NCBI GenBank assembly: GCA_964016885.1 | Contig: OZ024741.1 | Coordinates: 151,714,001 to 151,778,000 of the forward strand | Reading direction: 5' to 3' | Source of the DNA: Eledone cirrhosa | Lineage: Eukaryota | Length of the DNA stretch: 64,000 bases | Part shown: positions 14,340 through 28,454 of the stretch, piece by piece | How the letters are laid out: each line of letters starts with the position of its first letter | Position numbering within the stretch: the first letter of the stretch is position 1 | Notes under the pieces: model-generated | What the model saw: only the letters and a program-made list of their open reading frames with translations | What the model was told of the DNA's origin: nothing | Database searches by the model: none | Made by a program: the position numbers and the translations under genes

Positions 14340-14417
<78 letters not shown>

Positions 14418-14676
14418 CCTTCCGCTAGCACACATCCTGTTTTCGTTTCTATAGTAAGTGGTACGTATATATTCGTAGAGAATTCATTGGCAGAAACTGA
14501 TTTGCTTTATATTAATTCTGTTGCACTAAGGTGATATAATCTGGTCGTGGTTAGGTTCCAAATCTAATAACACAAATACTCAGAAACAAAGATTATGTGA
14601 GGTTGAAGGCTGGGCCTATTGACGTAAATATATCACTTGTTGTTTACTTACACGAGTCAATTTTAGCATTATGCAT

Positions 14677-14760
<84 letters not shown>

Positions 14761-14887
14761 GCATACATAGAAACATACATACATATATATATATATTTAT
14801 ATACATGCATGGATGCATACATACATGTATCAATCCATACATACATATATATGCATATATATATGTATGTATACATACTTATATATA

Positions 14888-16056
14888 TGATTGCGATCTT
14901 GTAGCGCACACAGAGAGTGATATGCAGGACATTTTGAGTGCATTTTCTGACGCTTGCACTGCCCTAGGTCTGACTGTCAGTCTCAAGAAAACCGTCGTCA
15001 TGTACCAACCTGCCCCTGGTAAGCAGTACACTGAACCAAACATCTATGTGTATGGCAAACGACTTGGAGTGGCTGATCAGTTTGTCTACCTGGGAAGCAC
15101 TGTCAATCGATACAGCAACCTTGACAGTGAAATCTCACTTAGGATTAGGAAAGCAAGTGATGCTTTCGGAAAGCTAGAAAAGCGACTCTGGGGTCGGCGA
15201 GACATATGCAAGAGGACAAAGGTAAAGGTATACAGGGCATGTGTGCTCTCTTGTCTTCTTTATGCCTGCGAGACCTGGGTCACATATCGACACCACCTTA
15301 AGCAATTGGAGCGTTTCCATCAGATGTGTCTCAGACGGATCCATGGCGTTCACTGGAGGGACCACATCAGTGATGTCGAGATTTTGGAAACCTCTATGTG
15401 TGACAGTATAGAAGCTCTTGTGCTTAAGCAACGACTCCGTTTGAGTGGTCACCTTGCCAGGATGAAGGATTCTAGAATACCAAAACAACTCTTTTATTGA
15501 GAGTTGGTTAAAGGAAAACGACCACCACATAAACCAAAAAAGAGGTATAAGGATTCCTTGAAAGCCTCTCTGAAAGACGCTAACATCTCTGCTGATACAT
15601 GGGAGAATATTGCTGCTGATCGTAATAAGTGGAGAAAGACTGTATATGAGGGAAAAGTTGCCTTTGAGGCATCTCGAATCGCATACGAGAAAGTAAAGCG
15701 GGATGTGAGGAAGGGCATTGCTGTTGCACTTCCAGACGGGGAGGGTTCTCCTATGGTGCTGACATGCAGCGTATGTGCGAGACTCTGCCTAAGCAAAGCT
15801 GGACTCGAAAGTCATCTTTGCAGTCATAAAGTAAGACCAGTGGTTGACTACCAGGCTGCTGTTGGAGATGCTACTCATCATGCTTGCCAAACATGTGGTA
15901 GAGAATGTAAATCAGCAGGAGGGCTCAAGCGACATGCAACTCCAACCACAGCCGACTATTCCCAGTAAATGTTTTGGTTGCCGACTCTGTGCAAGACATT
16001 TTAGATCATTGGCTGGGCTAAAAAGCCACATTCGATCGCAGCACTGTTAGTTGCTA

Positions 16057-16094
<38 letters not shown>

Positions 16095-16321
16095 GCTTAT
16101 GTGTGTGCGTGTGTGTGTATATATATATATGTATATGTATATTATTATTGTTGTTGTCGTTATTATTATTGTTGTTATTATTATTATTATTATTATTATT
16201 GTTATTAATGTATGTGTGTGTGTATATCTGTGTGTGTGTGTGCGTGTGTGTGTGTGTATGTGTGTGTGTGTGTGTATGTGTATATATATATATATTTCTT
16301 TTTTTCTTTCTTTTTTTTCTT

Positions 16322-16352
<31 letters not shown>

Positions 16353-16397
16353 TCTCCTCGTGCAATGGTCAAACTCGATAACGAGGGGGCAGCCATC
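14888..16397 (+). mobile_element. RTE-clade LINE, 5'-truncated (RT C-terminus + three C2H2 fingers)
   Basis: [42 protein letters not shown]; CSVC..H..H, CQTC..H, CRLC..H...H; microsatellite-rich 3' UTR ending cgataacgagggggcagccat. Confidence 0.88.
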
Positions 16398-16446
16398 ATA
16401 TATGCATACATACATATATATATATTTACAGTAAATATATATATAA

Positions 16447-16483
<37 letters not shown>

Positions 16484-16563
16484 GCGGCGATGAATTAGTG
16501 AGTGTGTTCTGTTATTAATTCTGGCAATATTACGCAAATATGACCCTCCCCAAGTATAACAAT
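16484..16563 (+). mobile_element. PLE family P1 terminal fragment
   Basis: gtgagtgtgttctgttattaattctggcaatattacgcaaatatgaccctcccc matches 62391-62455; in TA tract. Confidence 0.8.
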
Positions 16564-16574
16564 ATATATATATA

Positions 16575-16778
16575 AATTTATTAAAATACCAGATTAAAGT
16601 TTAAGCAAAGAATCGCTGCTTTCACCCTTAACGTTAAGGGTGAAAGCAGCGATTCTTTGCTTAAACTTTAATCTGTTATTTTAATAAATATTTGCTCTAC
16701 GGTTCTTATATATTTAATATATATTTATCCTTATCGAGCCCTCTTTAGATTTTAGTCTTCAAATTTATTATTATTACT
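16575..16778. mobile_element. PLE family P3 mini fold-back
   Basis: Palindrome centred at ~16631 (acccttaac/gttaagggt); right arm matches 42411-42556. Confidence 0.85.
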
Positions 16779-17734
16779 ATATATATATATATATACATAT
16801 AAGTGTGTGTATTTCTGTATGTGTATATGTGTGTGCATGTGCCTGTGTGTGCATGTAAGTATGGATGTATGTATTATGTATGTAGGTATGTATGTACGGG
16901 GACATGGAAATACTTAGTTTGTTGCCTAAGCTTGCGCTTAGCCCACCGGGAGTGAGAGACCCCTAGATCTTTCTAGGAGAAGAGACCCCACATCATTCTA
17001 GAAGAACATCTCTGATGTAAAACATACGACTTGATGGTAGTCAATGATATTGATCTGTTTTTCTTTTTGAATACCCCTCAGCGTTGTTCAGAGTCTGGGA
17101 TTGGTCCAGTGCAAAATCTTACTTCACCTAAAAAACCTTCAAGCGCAGGCATCACTTGATCTAAACGACTTTCACGTGTGTTGCATTAGCATGGCCCTTT
17201 CTGTTTTTCTTTCGCTGCAGAATATGCAGAAGGGCATCTGGATCTGGCGGGACTAAAAATTCATGTTCGTGCAGCTCAGGTATAAAATGGCAATTCTCGA
17301 AACCGAGATGCAACCAATATGTATGTGTATATAGAACATTAACTAGTGATGGTGTCGAAAGGGGTGCCATTGTGACATGTCTTGGGCATTTAAAACCTGG
17401 CGGAGCTAATCTCTTCTCCAGGTTTGAACACAGGGTAAGAAGATGACAGATAGGATAGAAGGTCTTCGGCAGAATTTGAAACCAGAACGCAGAGATCCAG
17501 AACGAATAGTGCAAAGCATTCCATCCGAAGTTCTAAAGATTCTGCGAATTCGCCGCCGCTCTTGATAATTACCAATGTTGTATCGCATTGCAATTGTTTT
17601 CTTTAATTCTTACTATTTTATTCTAGAAAAATCAAGTTGGCAGACATGGAATTTGATATGTTTCAGAATCCATCTAAATTTAACATTTTATTCCCTAAAT
17701 AGCAAAGCTGTAATTCTTCTATCATTGTTGATAT

Positions 17735-17905
17735 GGTTTTACCATTTTTGCAGGAGTAGATAGCTGTGTTGATTTGACGTGGGCTCGGAAAAGGTGGAAG
17801 AACTCTCCCCAGTCCGTACATTTGTACTGATTCAGTTTGATGTCCACATGCAATTAACACAGTCAAATCAACACAGCTATCTACTCCTGCAAAAATGGTA
17901 AAACC
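17735..17905. repeat. 44-bp perfect inverted repeat around an ~83-bp spacer (MITE-like or fold-back)
   Basis: ggttttaccatttttgcaggagtagatagctgtgttgatttgac (17735-17778) and its reverse complement (17862-17905). Confidence 0.8.
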
Positions 17906-17949
17906 TTAATTCTTTATATATTTTCTATTTTAATGTCTGTACTAATAAT

Positions 17950-18090
17950 AATGGTTTCTTATTTAAACGCAAGGGTAGCAATTTTGGGAGAAAGGAAAGT
18001 CGATTAAATCGACCTCAGTGCGTTACTAGTATTTATTTTATCGACCCTATAGGGATGAAAGGCAAAGCTAACCTCGGCGGGATATGAAAT
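17950..18090 (-). mobile_element. SINE, diverged
   Basis: ttttatcgaccc..ggatgaaaggcaaagctaacctcggcggga matches the SINE core. Confidence 0.65.
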
Positions 18091-19020
18091 AAGAGGAAAC
18101 TCAGATGAGCAATAATAGTCATTGAGGAGGTGACATAAAGTGTGCCGAAAGAGCTGTGGCACTTAAATAACCATCAGGTTAAACGGACAAATGAATTAAT
18201 TAGTTACCTAACTAATTATAAATCTGTAGTAAAACTCAGCAGATAAGTGTGCTTTCATTGCCACCATCAGCCTCACACAGTATAACAATGTGTGTGTGTG
18301 CGTGTGTGCGCGTGAATCTGTAACTCATTAATATTTACCCAGAAGAACATACAAACATACACATAATACATTTCCTATCTTAGTCATGTTGCTATAATAA
18401 GAAGTTCGCTTTCTAATCACAATGTTATGATTTGTAACTCTACGTTTGCCCCTGTAAATAATTATTTCTCCAAAGTTATTCAAACATTTAATCATGTATG
18501 TCATTTAAACATCTATATCATATACGCTGATCATTTGCGTAATTATATCCTATAAATAAATTATTAAACTGATATTCTAACGTTTAATCACTTTCACGTG
18601 TGATAATTAATCAGATTAAACTACAGAGTTTTATGTAGACCAATAATTTATAAAAACTGAAACTTCCCTGTGTATCACTATTTACCTATCCAAACATTTT
18701 ATACAAACAACGCTATTACCAACATTTTTGATGGCACGGGTTCACTAGTATCTCATATTATGTAATTATTTGTACATATCTATAGGCATTATTTTATTTT
18801 TCACGTTACATCATTAAGAACCAACAAATATCACTGTAAATAGTTATATTATATATATTCATGTATACATACACATACTTACATACATATATACACACAT
18901 GCCTACATCAATTTACGTGTATGCGTCTATTTAGATATGAGTGCGTGAATAGACCTATGCATGTATATTTGAACATTTTGAATAATATATATATATATAT
19001 ACCCTTATATGTATATAGGT

Positions 19021-19084
<64 letters not shown>

Positions 19085-20306
19085 TGTGTGTGTGTGTGTG
19101 TGTGTATGCGCGCGTGCGATGTACTTGATTACTTGAAGACAAGATTAGATCGATGGAACGCATTCTTGAAAATTGAAGCGGAAATGCCCGTAGCTGCTTA
19201 TATATCTCTGTACGGAAGCCATGCAAAGCGAGTGATTATCACATGTAATATTTACTTCGCCATCTTCAACTTTCCGTTTTCTGCTATTTATTTATACGCC
19301 ATTCTTTATTCCGCCATCTTGTCCACACGCACACGCGCATACCGACAGGAAAACAATTCTTAGACACTTCTTTGAATGAAACATTTTCTTTGCCCATTTG
19401 CTACAGTTATTTGTGAAAACATTTCATCATTGATTACATCATCATCACCTATTCCTTCCTATATAATGCATGGCTATGAACCAACAACGAAGTCTCTACG
19501 TCGTCATTCGTCGTGCACGAAATCGCCCTCAAATCTTACATTAATACAGAAAATGTACAGCAATTTGTAGAGGAATACTACACACATAGCACAACAATGA
19601 ATATGGGAGCCTTTGTGTGATCGACAAGCACGAAATGGCAGCCAAATCTCCCTCAAATCACTTTTTGTCTCTTCTATAAAATGAAACTATACAGCCCTGT
19701 TTATTTTTCTACACACACAACACTGCAGTGAATAAGTGATGGCTCATTTCGCTCAAAATGACAGCCAATTCTCCCTCATATTTACACACTGTTGATTTTA
19801 AACGAGCCCATATCCCACACTGCACTGCTTCTACCGAACACATACCACATGACATGGGAAGGTGAGTCTGCGCACTCACTCTTTTCACTGGAAATGCCAG
19901 CGAATTCTCCCTCATATTTACACCCTGCTCTTTTTTGAAAGACATCCCCTACGCACATAGGGTAAAAGGGTAATGAGTCCCTTCAGTGACAAGTGACTAG
20001 ATATTCCCCTCCGGGGCACAAGATCGGACAAGGTGTTTTTGTAGAAGACCAGCAGTCACTAATGCATACGAGTCACCCTCACCACGCCACCGATGCTGTC
20101 CAAGAAAAAGGTAAAGATCGATATAGCTTGGTACATGTGATGTCGCAAATCAATTTTTTCAACTGAATGAGCTGGAGCAAATGGACATAAAGTGTCTTGT
20201 TCAAGGAGACTACACATCGCCCGGCTCAAGAATCGAATTCCCAATCGTGAGATTGGAAATCCTAATATTTAACCACTAATCCACACGCCATCACGTACAC
20301 ACACGT

Positions 20307-20470
20307 TGGATTGGTAGTATCGGTACAGGGTCGGACGCCATGCTTTGTAGCATAGAGTTACGGCCCTTTACGGTTAACTTTGCATTTCATCCTTACGGGT
20401 TCGATAAAATAAAGCACCAGTAATGTACTGGGGTAATTGCTGGCTTAGTGCCAACAGTAGAAACAATTAT
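20307..20470 (+). mobile_element. SINE with internal deletion
   Basis: ggattggtagtatcggtacagggtcggacgccatgctttg...ttcgataaaataaagcaccagtaatg. Confidence 0.75.
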
Positions 20471-20799
20471 TATAAATGATAACCAAATGTCCCACAAATT
20501 GCACACTACCGTCTCAGTAAAGATAAATAACAACACATTAGAACGCTACAGTAAGGCAGACACATGACACTACATTGAACAGGAGACGCCATGCCAGGGA
20601 GAAAGTGTACCCAAGTCTTCATCAACTCATAGCCTAGTACATACATGTATATATAGGAAGGAGTACTCCTCGGACTATATCGTCATAGAGAAGCTTCAAA
20701 TTAAGGAGTGGTCACGGTTGGATTGGCCATTATCATTGGCCTGTTCAATCGGGTTTTGTCAGAGGAGATACAACTACTACTAATTCCACTACCCCCAAC

Positions 20800-20851
20800 A
20801 CTACTACTACTGCTGCTGCTGCTACTACTACTACTACTGCTGCTGTTTCTG

Positions 20852-20907
<56 letters not shown>

Positions 20908-20962
20908 GCTGCTGCTACTGCTGGTGCTGCTGTTGCTGCTACTACTACTACTGCTACTGCTG

Positions 20963-21007
<45 letters not shown>

Positions 21008-21008
21008 G
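20800..21008. repeat. (CTA/CTG)n trinucleotide microsatellite
   Basis: Direct reading; explains the poly-L and poly-S ORFs. Confidence 0.95.
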
Positions 21009-21335
21009 TTATTAAGTTTGGAAGATGGTGCTGGTATCGACATGTATTTATATGTTTCGTTATGTCATCATATTCTTTCGTAGTATTCAAATTTCATTCT
21101 GTGCGCCATTATATGTTTGTATGTATGCGTGTGTCAGAGAGAGAGGGAGTGGAGGTAAGCGAAACACGATCTATGCGTGTGTCTGTGTGTGTGTACGGTA
21201 ACACTTGACCGTATATATGTGTGAGTCTATGTAGTACGTAGGTGTAGGTGTATGCGTAAGTATCTAGTTTTTTTACTGTGTAAAAGGGCGTGCATTTGTG
21301 TGCATAAGTACATATTTTTAAGAATGAGGGTGTGT

Positions 21336-23440
21336 ATGAGTGGATGTGTGTAAGAAAATGGGTGGGTGAGATGTATGTGTGTGTGTGAGTGGATGTGTGT
21401 AAGAAAATGGGTGGGTGAGATGTATGTGTGTGTGTGAGTGGATGTGTGTAAGAAAATGGGTGGGTGAGATGTATGTGTGTGTGTGAGTGGATGTGTGTAA
21501 GAAAATGGGTGGGTGAGATGTATGTGTGTGTGTGTGAGTGGATGTGTGTAAGAAAATGGGTGGGTGAGATGTATGTGTGTGTGTGTGTGGATGTGTGTAA
21601 GAAAATGGGTGGGTGAGATGTATGTGTGTGTGTGAGTGGATGTGTGTAAGAAAATGGGTGGGTGAGATGTATGTGTGTGTGTGAGTGGATGTGTGTAAGA
21701 AAATGGGTGGGTGAGATGTGTGTATGTGTGTGTGTGAGTGGATGTGTGTAAGAAAATGGGTGGCTGGATGTATGTGTGTGTGTGTGAGTGGATGTGTGTA
21801 AGAAAATAGGTGGGTGAGATGTATGTGTGTGTGAGTGGATGTGTGTAAGAAAATGGGTGGGTGAGATGTATGTGTGTGTGTGAGTGGATGTGTGTAAGAA
21901 AATGGGTGGCTGGATGTATGTGTGTGTGTGAGTGGATGTGTGTAAGAAAATGGGTGTGTGAGATGTATGTGTGTGTGTGAGTGGATGTGTGTAAGAAAAT
22001 GGGTGGGTGAGATGTATGTGTGTGTGTGAGTGGATGTGTGTAAGAAAATAGGTGGGTGAGATGTATGTGTGTGTGTGAGTGGATGTGTGTAAGAAAATGG
22101 GTGGGTGAGATGTGTGTATGTGTGTGTGTGAGTGGATGTGTGTAAGAAAATGGGTGGCTGGATGTATGTGTGTGTGTGAGTGGATGTGTGTAAGAAAATG
22201 GGTGGCTGGATGTATGTGTGTGTGTGAGTGGATGTGTGTAAGAAAATAGGTGGGTGAGATGTATGTGTGTGTGTGAGTGGATGTGTGTAAGAAAATGGGT
22301 GGGTGAGATGTATGTGTGTGTGAGTGGATGTGTGTAAGAAAATGGGTGGGTGAGATGTATGTGTGTGTGTGAGTGGATGTGTGTAAGAAAATGGGTGGGT
22401 GAGATGTATGTGTGTGTGAGTGGATGTGTGTAAGAAAATGGGTGGGTGAGATGTATGTGTGTGTGTGAGTGGATGTGTGTAAGAAAATGGGTGGCTGGAT
22501 GTATGTGTGTGTGTGAGTGGATGTGTGTAAGAAAATGGGTGGGTGAGATGTATGTGTGTGTGTGAGTGGATGTGTGTAAGAAAATGGGTGGGTGAGATGT
22601 ATGTGTGTGTGTGAGTGGATGTGTGTAAGAAAATAGGTGGGTGAGATGTATGTGTGTGTGTGAGTGGATGTGTGTAAGAAAATGGGTGGCTGGATGTATG
22701 TGTGTGTGTGAGTGGATGTGTGTAAGAAAATGGGTGGGTGAGATGTATGTGTGTGTGTGTGAGTGGATGTGTGTAAGAAAATGGGTGGCTGGATGTATGT
22801 GTGTGTGTGAGTGGATGTGTGTAAGAAAATAGGTGGGTGAGATGTATGTGTGTGTGTGAGTGGATGTGTGTAAGAAAATGGGTGGGTGAGATGTATGTGT
22901 GTGTGTGTGAGTGGATGTGTGTAAGAAAATGGGTGGGTGAGATGTATGTGTGTGTGTGAGTGGATGTGTGTAAGAAAATGGGTGGGTGAGATGTATGTGT
23001 GTGTGTGAGTGGATGTGTGTAAGAAAATGGGTGGGTGAGATGTATGTGTGTGTGTGAGTGGATGTGTGTAAGAAAATGGGTGGGTGAGATGTGTGTATGT
23101 GTGAGTGGATGTGTGTAAGAAAATGGGTGGGTGAGATGTATGTGTGTGTGTGAGTGGATGTGTGTAAGAAAATGGGTGGGTGAGATGTGTGAGTGTGTGT
23201 GAGTGGATGTGTGTAAGAAAATGGGTGGGTGAGATGTATGTGTGTGTGTGTGAGTGGATGTGTGTAAGAAAATAGGTGGGTGAGATGTATGTGTGTGTGT
23301 GTGAGTGGATGTGTGTAAGAAAATGGGTGGCTGCATGTATGTGTGTGTGTGAGTGGATGTGTGTAAGAAAATGGGTGGGTGAGATGTGTGAGTGTGTGTG
23401 AGTGGATGTGTGTAAGAAAATGGGTGGGTGAGATGTGTGT
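21336..23440. repeat. ~49-bp minisatellite, roughly 40+ copies
   Basis: Unit tgagtggatgtgtgtaagaaaatgggtgggtgagatgtatgtgtgtgtg with recurrent variants (aaataggtggg; gtggctggatg; +/- one GT). Confidence 0.95.
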
Positions 23441-24052
23441 ATGACAAGATCTGAGCATGATATGTGTGTAAGTGTGATGGTGAATGAGTTATGTGTATGT
23501 GTGCGTGCATACTGCAATACTTGATGATATAAGTGTATATGTGTCTGCCTGTGAGTGGTTGTGTATTTGTGTGTGTGTATTTTTGTGTGCGTTTGTGCAG
23601 GATTTTCACATGTACATATATGAATATATGTATATGACTATATGTGAGTCTGTGTGGTTTGCTTCGGTGTAATGTTTGCGTATATCGCGTGCATTGTAGT
23701 CATTGTGTTGACCAGCACATGTGTTGACCAGTGTGTATGTATGCGTGTGCATGTGTATAAGTGTATACATGTGTTTATGGGTTTGTTATATGAAGTTTCT
23801 GTGTGTGTGTTTGTTTGCTTAAGTGTTTGTGTATGTATATATATGTATGTGTATTCATGTTTACATATGTATATATGTATGTATAATCGTTTATATGTAA
23901 TTGTATATGTATGTGTGGTGCTTTTAGTGTTTAATTCAAGCCGAGGTTTCTTCTGTAATATAATCTCATGGGAAAGATAATCCGATATATAATGGCGACT
24001 ACAGATTGTCTCGTAACGAGAGATTAAGTGAAATTTAGATAATGGATTAAAA

Positions 24053-24060
24053 CCACCACC

Positions 24061-24098
<38 letters not shown>

Positions 24099-24175
24099 CC
24101 GTATCAGCAACAACAACACCAACAACAACAACAACAACAACAACAAGGCGTCACAACAGCAGCAACAGCAACACG
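24053..24175. repeat. (CAA/CAG)n microsatellite
   Basis: Direct reading. Confidence 0.9.
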
Positions 24176-24623
24176 GTCCACCAACTGAAGTTGTACCAAC
24201 ATGCTAACATGTATGGTTATATTACTTGACTTGAGACACTTTTTTCCTCGTCTATGGTACAACTTTCCATTAACCCTTTCATCACCACATTTCTAATGAA
24301 TTATGTGCACTACCAGTCTATTTCCTATACTTTGTAGGACATATATATATCGTTGCTATAGCAATAGTCATCCCTACAAAGAACTCTAGAGGTATTTATT
24401 CTTATTTCAATGACAATAACCGCTGAAATATCGGCATAAGAATAATCTCTGATGTCTCCCTGGTACTGACAAAGAGATTAAAAAATGTTATACTCCACAC
24501 TCAACTATTTTCATTCCAAACGTTTCTAATTACAATCGGTGGTTACATCTAATTCAGGCTCACCTTAAAATTTTCAAATATATGTTTTGTTCTAGCATAA
24601 GTATTTACTAAATATATATATAC

Positions 24624-26340
24624 AGGTCATGAAAGTAACAGAAAGAGTTATAGCACAGTTGATTAGGGACCGGGTGAAACTAGATGAGATGCAATTTGGG
24701 TTTGTACCAGGAAGAGGCACCACTGATGCCCTCTTCCTTGTGAGGCAGTTACAGGAAAAGTACCTAGCTAAAAGTAAGCCACTCTACCTGGCATTCGTCG
24801 ATCTCGAGAAAGCCTTTGACAGAGTTCCACGTGCTGTAATCTGGTGGGCTCTTAGAAAACTAGGAGTAGATGAATGGCTTGTGAAAGCTGTACAAGCCAT
24901 GTATAGGGGAGCAGTCAGCAAAGTTAGGATTAGCAATGAGTATAGCGAGGAATTTAGCGTACAGGTTGGGGTCCACCAGGGCTCTGTTCTTAGCCCTCTC
25001 CTGTTCATCATAGTCCTGCAGGCAATAACGGAGGAGTTTAAGACCGGATGCCCATGGGAACTCCTGTATGCTGATGACCTCGCACTTATAGCTGAATCTA
25101 TGGTAGAACTAGAGAAGAAATTCCAAACTTGGAAGCAGGGACTAGAAAGAAAGGGTCTCAAAGTCAACATGACAAAGACTAAGGTGCTTGTAAGTAGGCG
25201 AGAAAACAGAACCCAGATCCCCTCAAGGAAATGGCCTTGCTCAGTATGTAGGAAAGGTGTAGGTAGGAACTCCATTCTCTGCCCCAAATGCAAACAATGG
25301 GTACACAAGAGATGTAGCGGGATCTCAGGAAGCTTAATTAAGAATGTAGGCTTCACATGCAGCAGCTGTACTGGGACAGCAAGCAGCAAACAGCCACAGG
25401 AAACAGGTACCACCAATCTCTGAGAGGGCTCTGTAGAGACAGTAGACAGCTTCTGCTACCTAGGTGACCGAATTAGCAGCGGAGGTGGGTGTTCAGAAAG
25501 TACAATAACTAGGGTAAGAACGGGATGGAAGAAGTTCAGGGAACTGCTACCACTGCTAGCTGCAAAAGCTTCTCCCTCAAAATGAAAGGCAGACTGTATG
25601 ATGCATGTATCCGAACAGCAATGTTACATGGTAGTGAGACCTGGGCGCTGAAGGTGGAAGACTTACGTAGATTGGAGAGAAACGAAGCCTGCATGCTCCG
25701 GTGGATGTGTTATAGTAATATACGCGAACGACAAAGCATAAATGAATTGAGAGAGAGACTGAGCATAAGAGGAATCAAATGCTGTGTGCAGGAGAGGCGG
25801 ATGCGTTGGTATGGACATGTGATGCGTATGAAGGATGAAAGCTGCATAAAAAGGTGCAGAGCACTAGAAGTTGATGGAAACCGCGGAGTGGGGAGACCCA
25901 AGATGACCTGGGATGAGGTGATAAAAGCCGACCTTAACCAATTACACCTCTCAAAGGCGATGACACACGACCGTGACCTCTGGCGTCACGCAGTAATACA
26001 GAGTACCCGACCTCCCATGGGTACAAGCTGAAGCATATAGACAATATGCCCCCACACTCTCCCACTGCAAGGTGGTCGTGGAGGTGCCATGGCAAAAAAG
26101 CACCCAGCCCACACTGTAAAGTGGACGTATAGGCGTCACGAAAAAGCACCCAGCACTCACTGTAAATGAGGTTGGTGTTAGGAAGGGCATCCAGCTGTAG
26201 AAATCAAGCCAAATCAGTTCCTGTATGAGCAAGGCAGGGTCAGACGACCAGACACTGCCCACAACAGGACAGCCCGTCTAACCCATGCTAGCGTGGAAGA
26301 ACGGACGTAAAACGGTGATGATGATGATGATGATGATGAT
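24624..26340 (+). mobile_element. RTE-type LINE, 5'-truncated, RT with inserted PHD-like finger, (GAT)n tail
   Basis: QFGFVPGRGTTDA, FVDLEKAFDRVP, GVHQGSVLSP, LYADD; C4HC3 motif; LHGSETW, RWYGHVMRM; frameshifts near 25420 and 25560; (GAT)n at 26316-26340. Confidence 0.9.
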
Positions 26341-26353
26341 ATATATATGCGTA

Positions 26354-26389
<36 letters not shown>

Positions 26390-26916
26390 TGTCTGTCTGC
26401 CTGTGTGTGTGTATCTGTATGTGTGTGAGTGTGTCTGTGTGCGTGTGTGTTCACTGCAATATATTATATTGACCTATATATATAAGTTTGAACCTTTGAA
26501 GCGTTGAGATATGAGTTTCAGAGAAAATATATGGAAACTCAGGCGCTAGTTGCTATAAATAGCTTAGAAATTCGTGTCCAAACCCCTTTCAGACGGAAAA
26601 CAGCGACCAGCGGCTGACTGCTCTAACTATTGATCTAATCAGCCCCTGGTTAGAACAATCAGCCGGTGGTATCTAATCTATAAAATTTCCTTACCCGATT
26701 TACTAAGCAATCTATAGCAACTAAGCGTATTATATGTCTGCGCCTCAGTTGTCCTACATTATATATATACGAAATATTTGTTATAAAATAGTTTTATTGC
26801 ATACTATATATTTCAATGACATGGTTATGAAATGGTTATATCATTGTCTGTTTCTCTGTGACATCATCAGATGCTCATACACGGATAAACACCCTTATTA
26901 TCTGCACTATATATAA

Positions 26917-26982
<66 letters not shown>

Positions 26983-26984
26983 GT

Positions 26985-27100
26985 TTATGTATTTGTTCTG
27001 CCAGATTATTGATGTGAAATCGTGTGTTGAAACCGATATTATTATATTTGGAGATGGTTATGTTGCCAATATTGCCAATAGAAAGAAATGTGCACACCAT
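26985..27100 (-). mobile_element. Old diverged P2-type terminal fragment
   Basis: gtgaaatcgtgtgttgaaaccgatatt..atatttggag..atgttgccaat resembles 36880-36945. Confidence 0.65.
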
Positions 27101-28454
27101 ATATTTTTTACTTTGTCTTTATTGTTCGTTATTCAAATGTTTATCGAAGTTCTTTCGTCACATAAATTCGACCTCGACGGCACGACGGCATCTGAACTCA
27201 GAATTTAATGAGCCGGGAAAAATACTGCAAATATGCTCAAACGACCCTGCAAATCTAATATCTAGAATTTATACCTTAAGCAGAAGATTACAAACTCAGA
27301 TGGAAGGTATTCAGTCGGGGAAATCGAGCCCACCACCGTATTACTATTTTTTCTTATAATCCAGAAGGTTGAAAGGCAAAACCAACCATGATTTACATTC
27401 AGAATCAAATAAAGATTTAACATTTCTATATGTCCACATCCATCTTGTGGACACAGCATGGTCGAACTGTTATGAAGCTTACTTTGTAATCATTAAGTCC
27501 CCGGTTCGATCCCACCACTTAGTATCTTAGGTAAGTTTTGTTGGGTCGACGCAACCATTGTCACTGAAATAGGGTAGTCAGAAACTGTTTGGAAGCCCGT
27601 CGGATCGACTGTACTGGTTATTCAAAGAGCCAGCCTTGTAACAAGCTATGTCACGCCGAATGTCTCAGATATATATAATGATATATATAACCTACTAGAA
27701 ACTAGTAGGTTACTTTTCCGAGCCGGCTGCTCATTTGATCGAAGAACAAGAACACCAAAATTTGATCCGAAAGACTGAAGTCAATTAGATTCATAAGTAG
27801 GATTTTTATTGACCCCATACGAACCAATAACGAAGTCGTTCCGGGTTGAGATATGTGTTCGGAACGTAAAATATGGAAATACACTCCAGTAAATTTATAA
27901 ATGAAATTGCATTATAATTCCAGATGCAATACTTGGCTATATTTGCTTCCAACTGAAAAATCGATGAACAGTGTCAGCTGGTGATTATTTTCCTTAATAT
28001 ATTTTATATTGAATTTTTTTCGATTTGCTCTTTAGTTATGTGAATAGTTTAAATCGGGTTAGGGTTAGTTTATTAATACAATAAACTAATAGTTGTGCTA
28101 TTGGGAAAATGCCGTAGTATTAATAGGAGGATAGAGGTGATAGACTTTTACTATGGTACTCTTTGGAAGATACTAATGGTAGGCTTTACAATAGTACTTT
28201 CAACGGTTGATCACACTAAACTTAGCATGTTTACATCAACTATCCATATATCGTAGAACGTTAGTCTACTTCAATATATACAAATAAAAAATAAATGAAA
28301 AAAATTCAACTGTGCCTCGCGGATAAAAATGGTGAAGGCATTGCCGTGGAAAACAGTTAGCGACGTCATTTTCCCCCTCAGAATTATTCTTAGATTATAT
28401 AAAATATTTTCCAATGCATGTAGAAATTTATAGAAATAATTTTTATTTTGATGG

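Noticed and set aside
16898-17460. Possible transposase or host exon (117-aa ORF)
   Set aside because: No motif recognised
21336-23440. CRISPR-like periodic array
   Set aside because: No unique spacers, no cas genes, eukaryotic context
21109-23609. 743-802-aa ORFs in three frames
   Set aside because: Stop-free reading of a minisatellite
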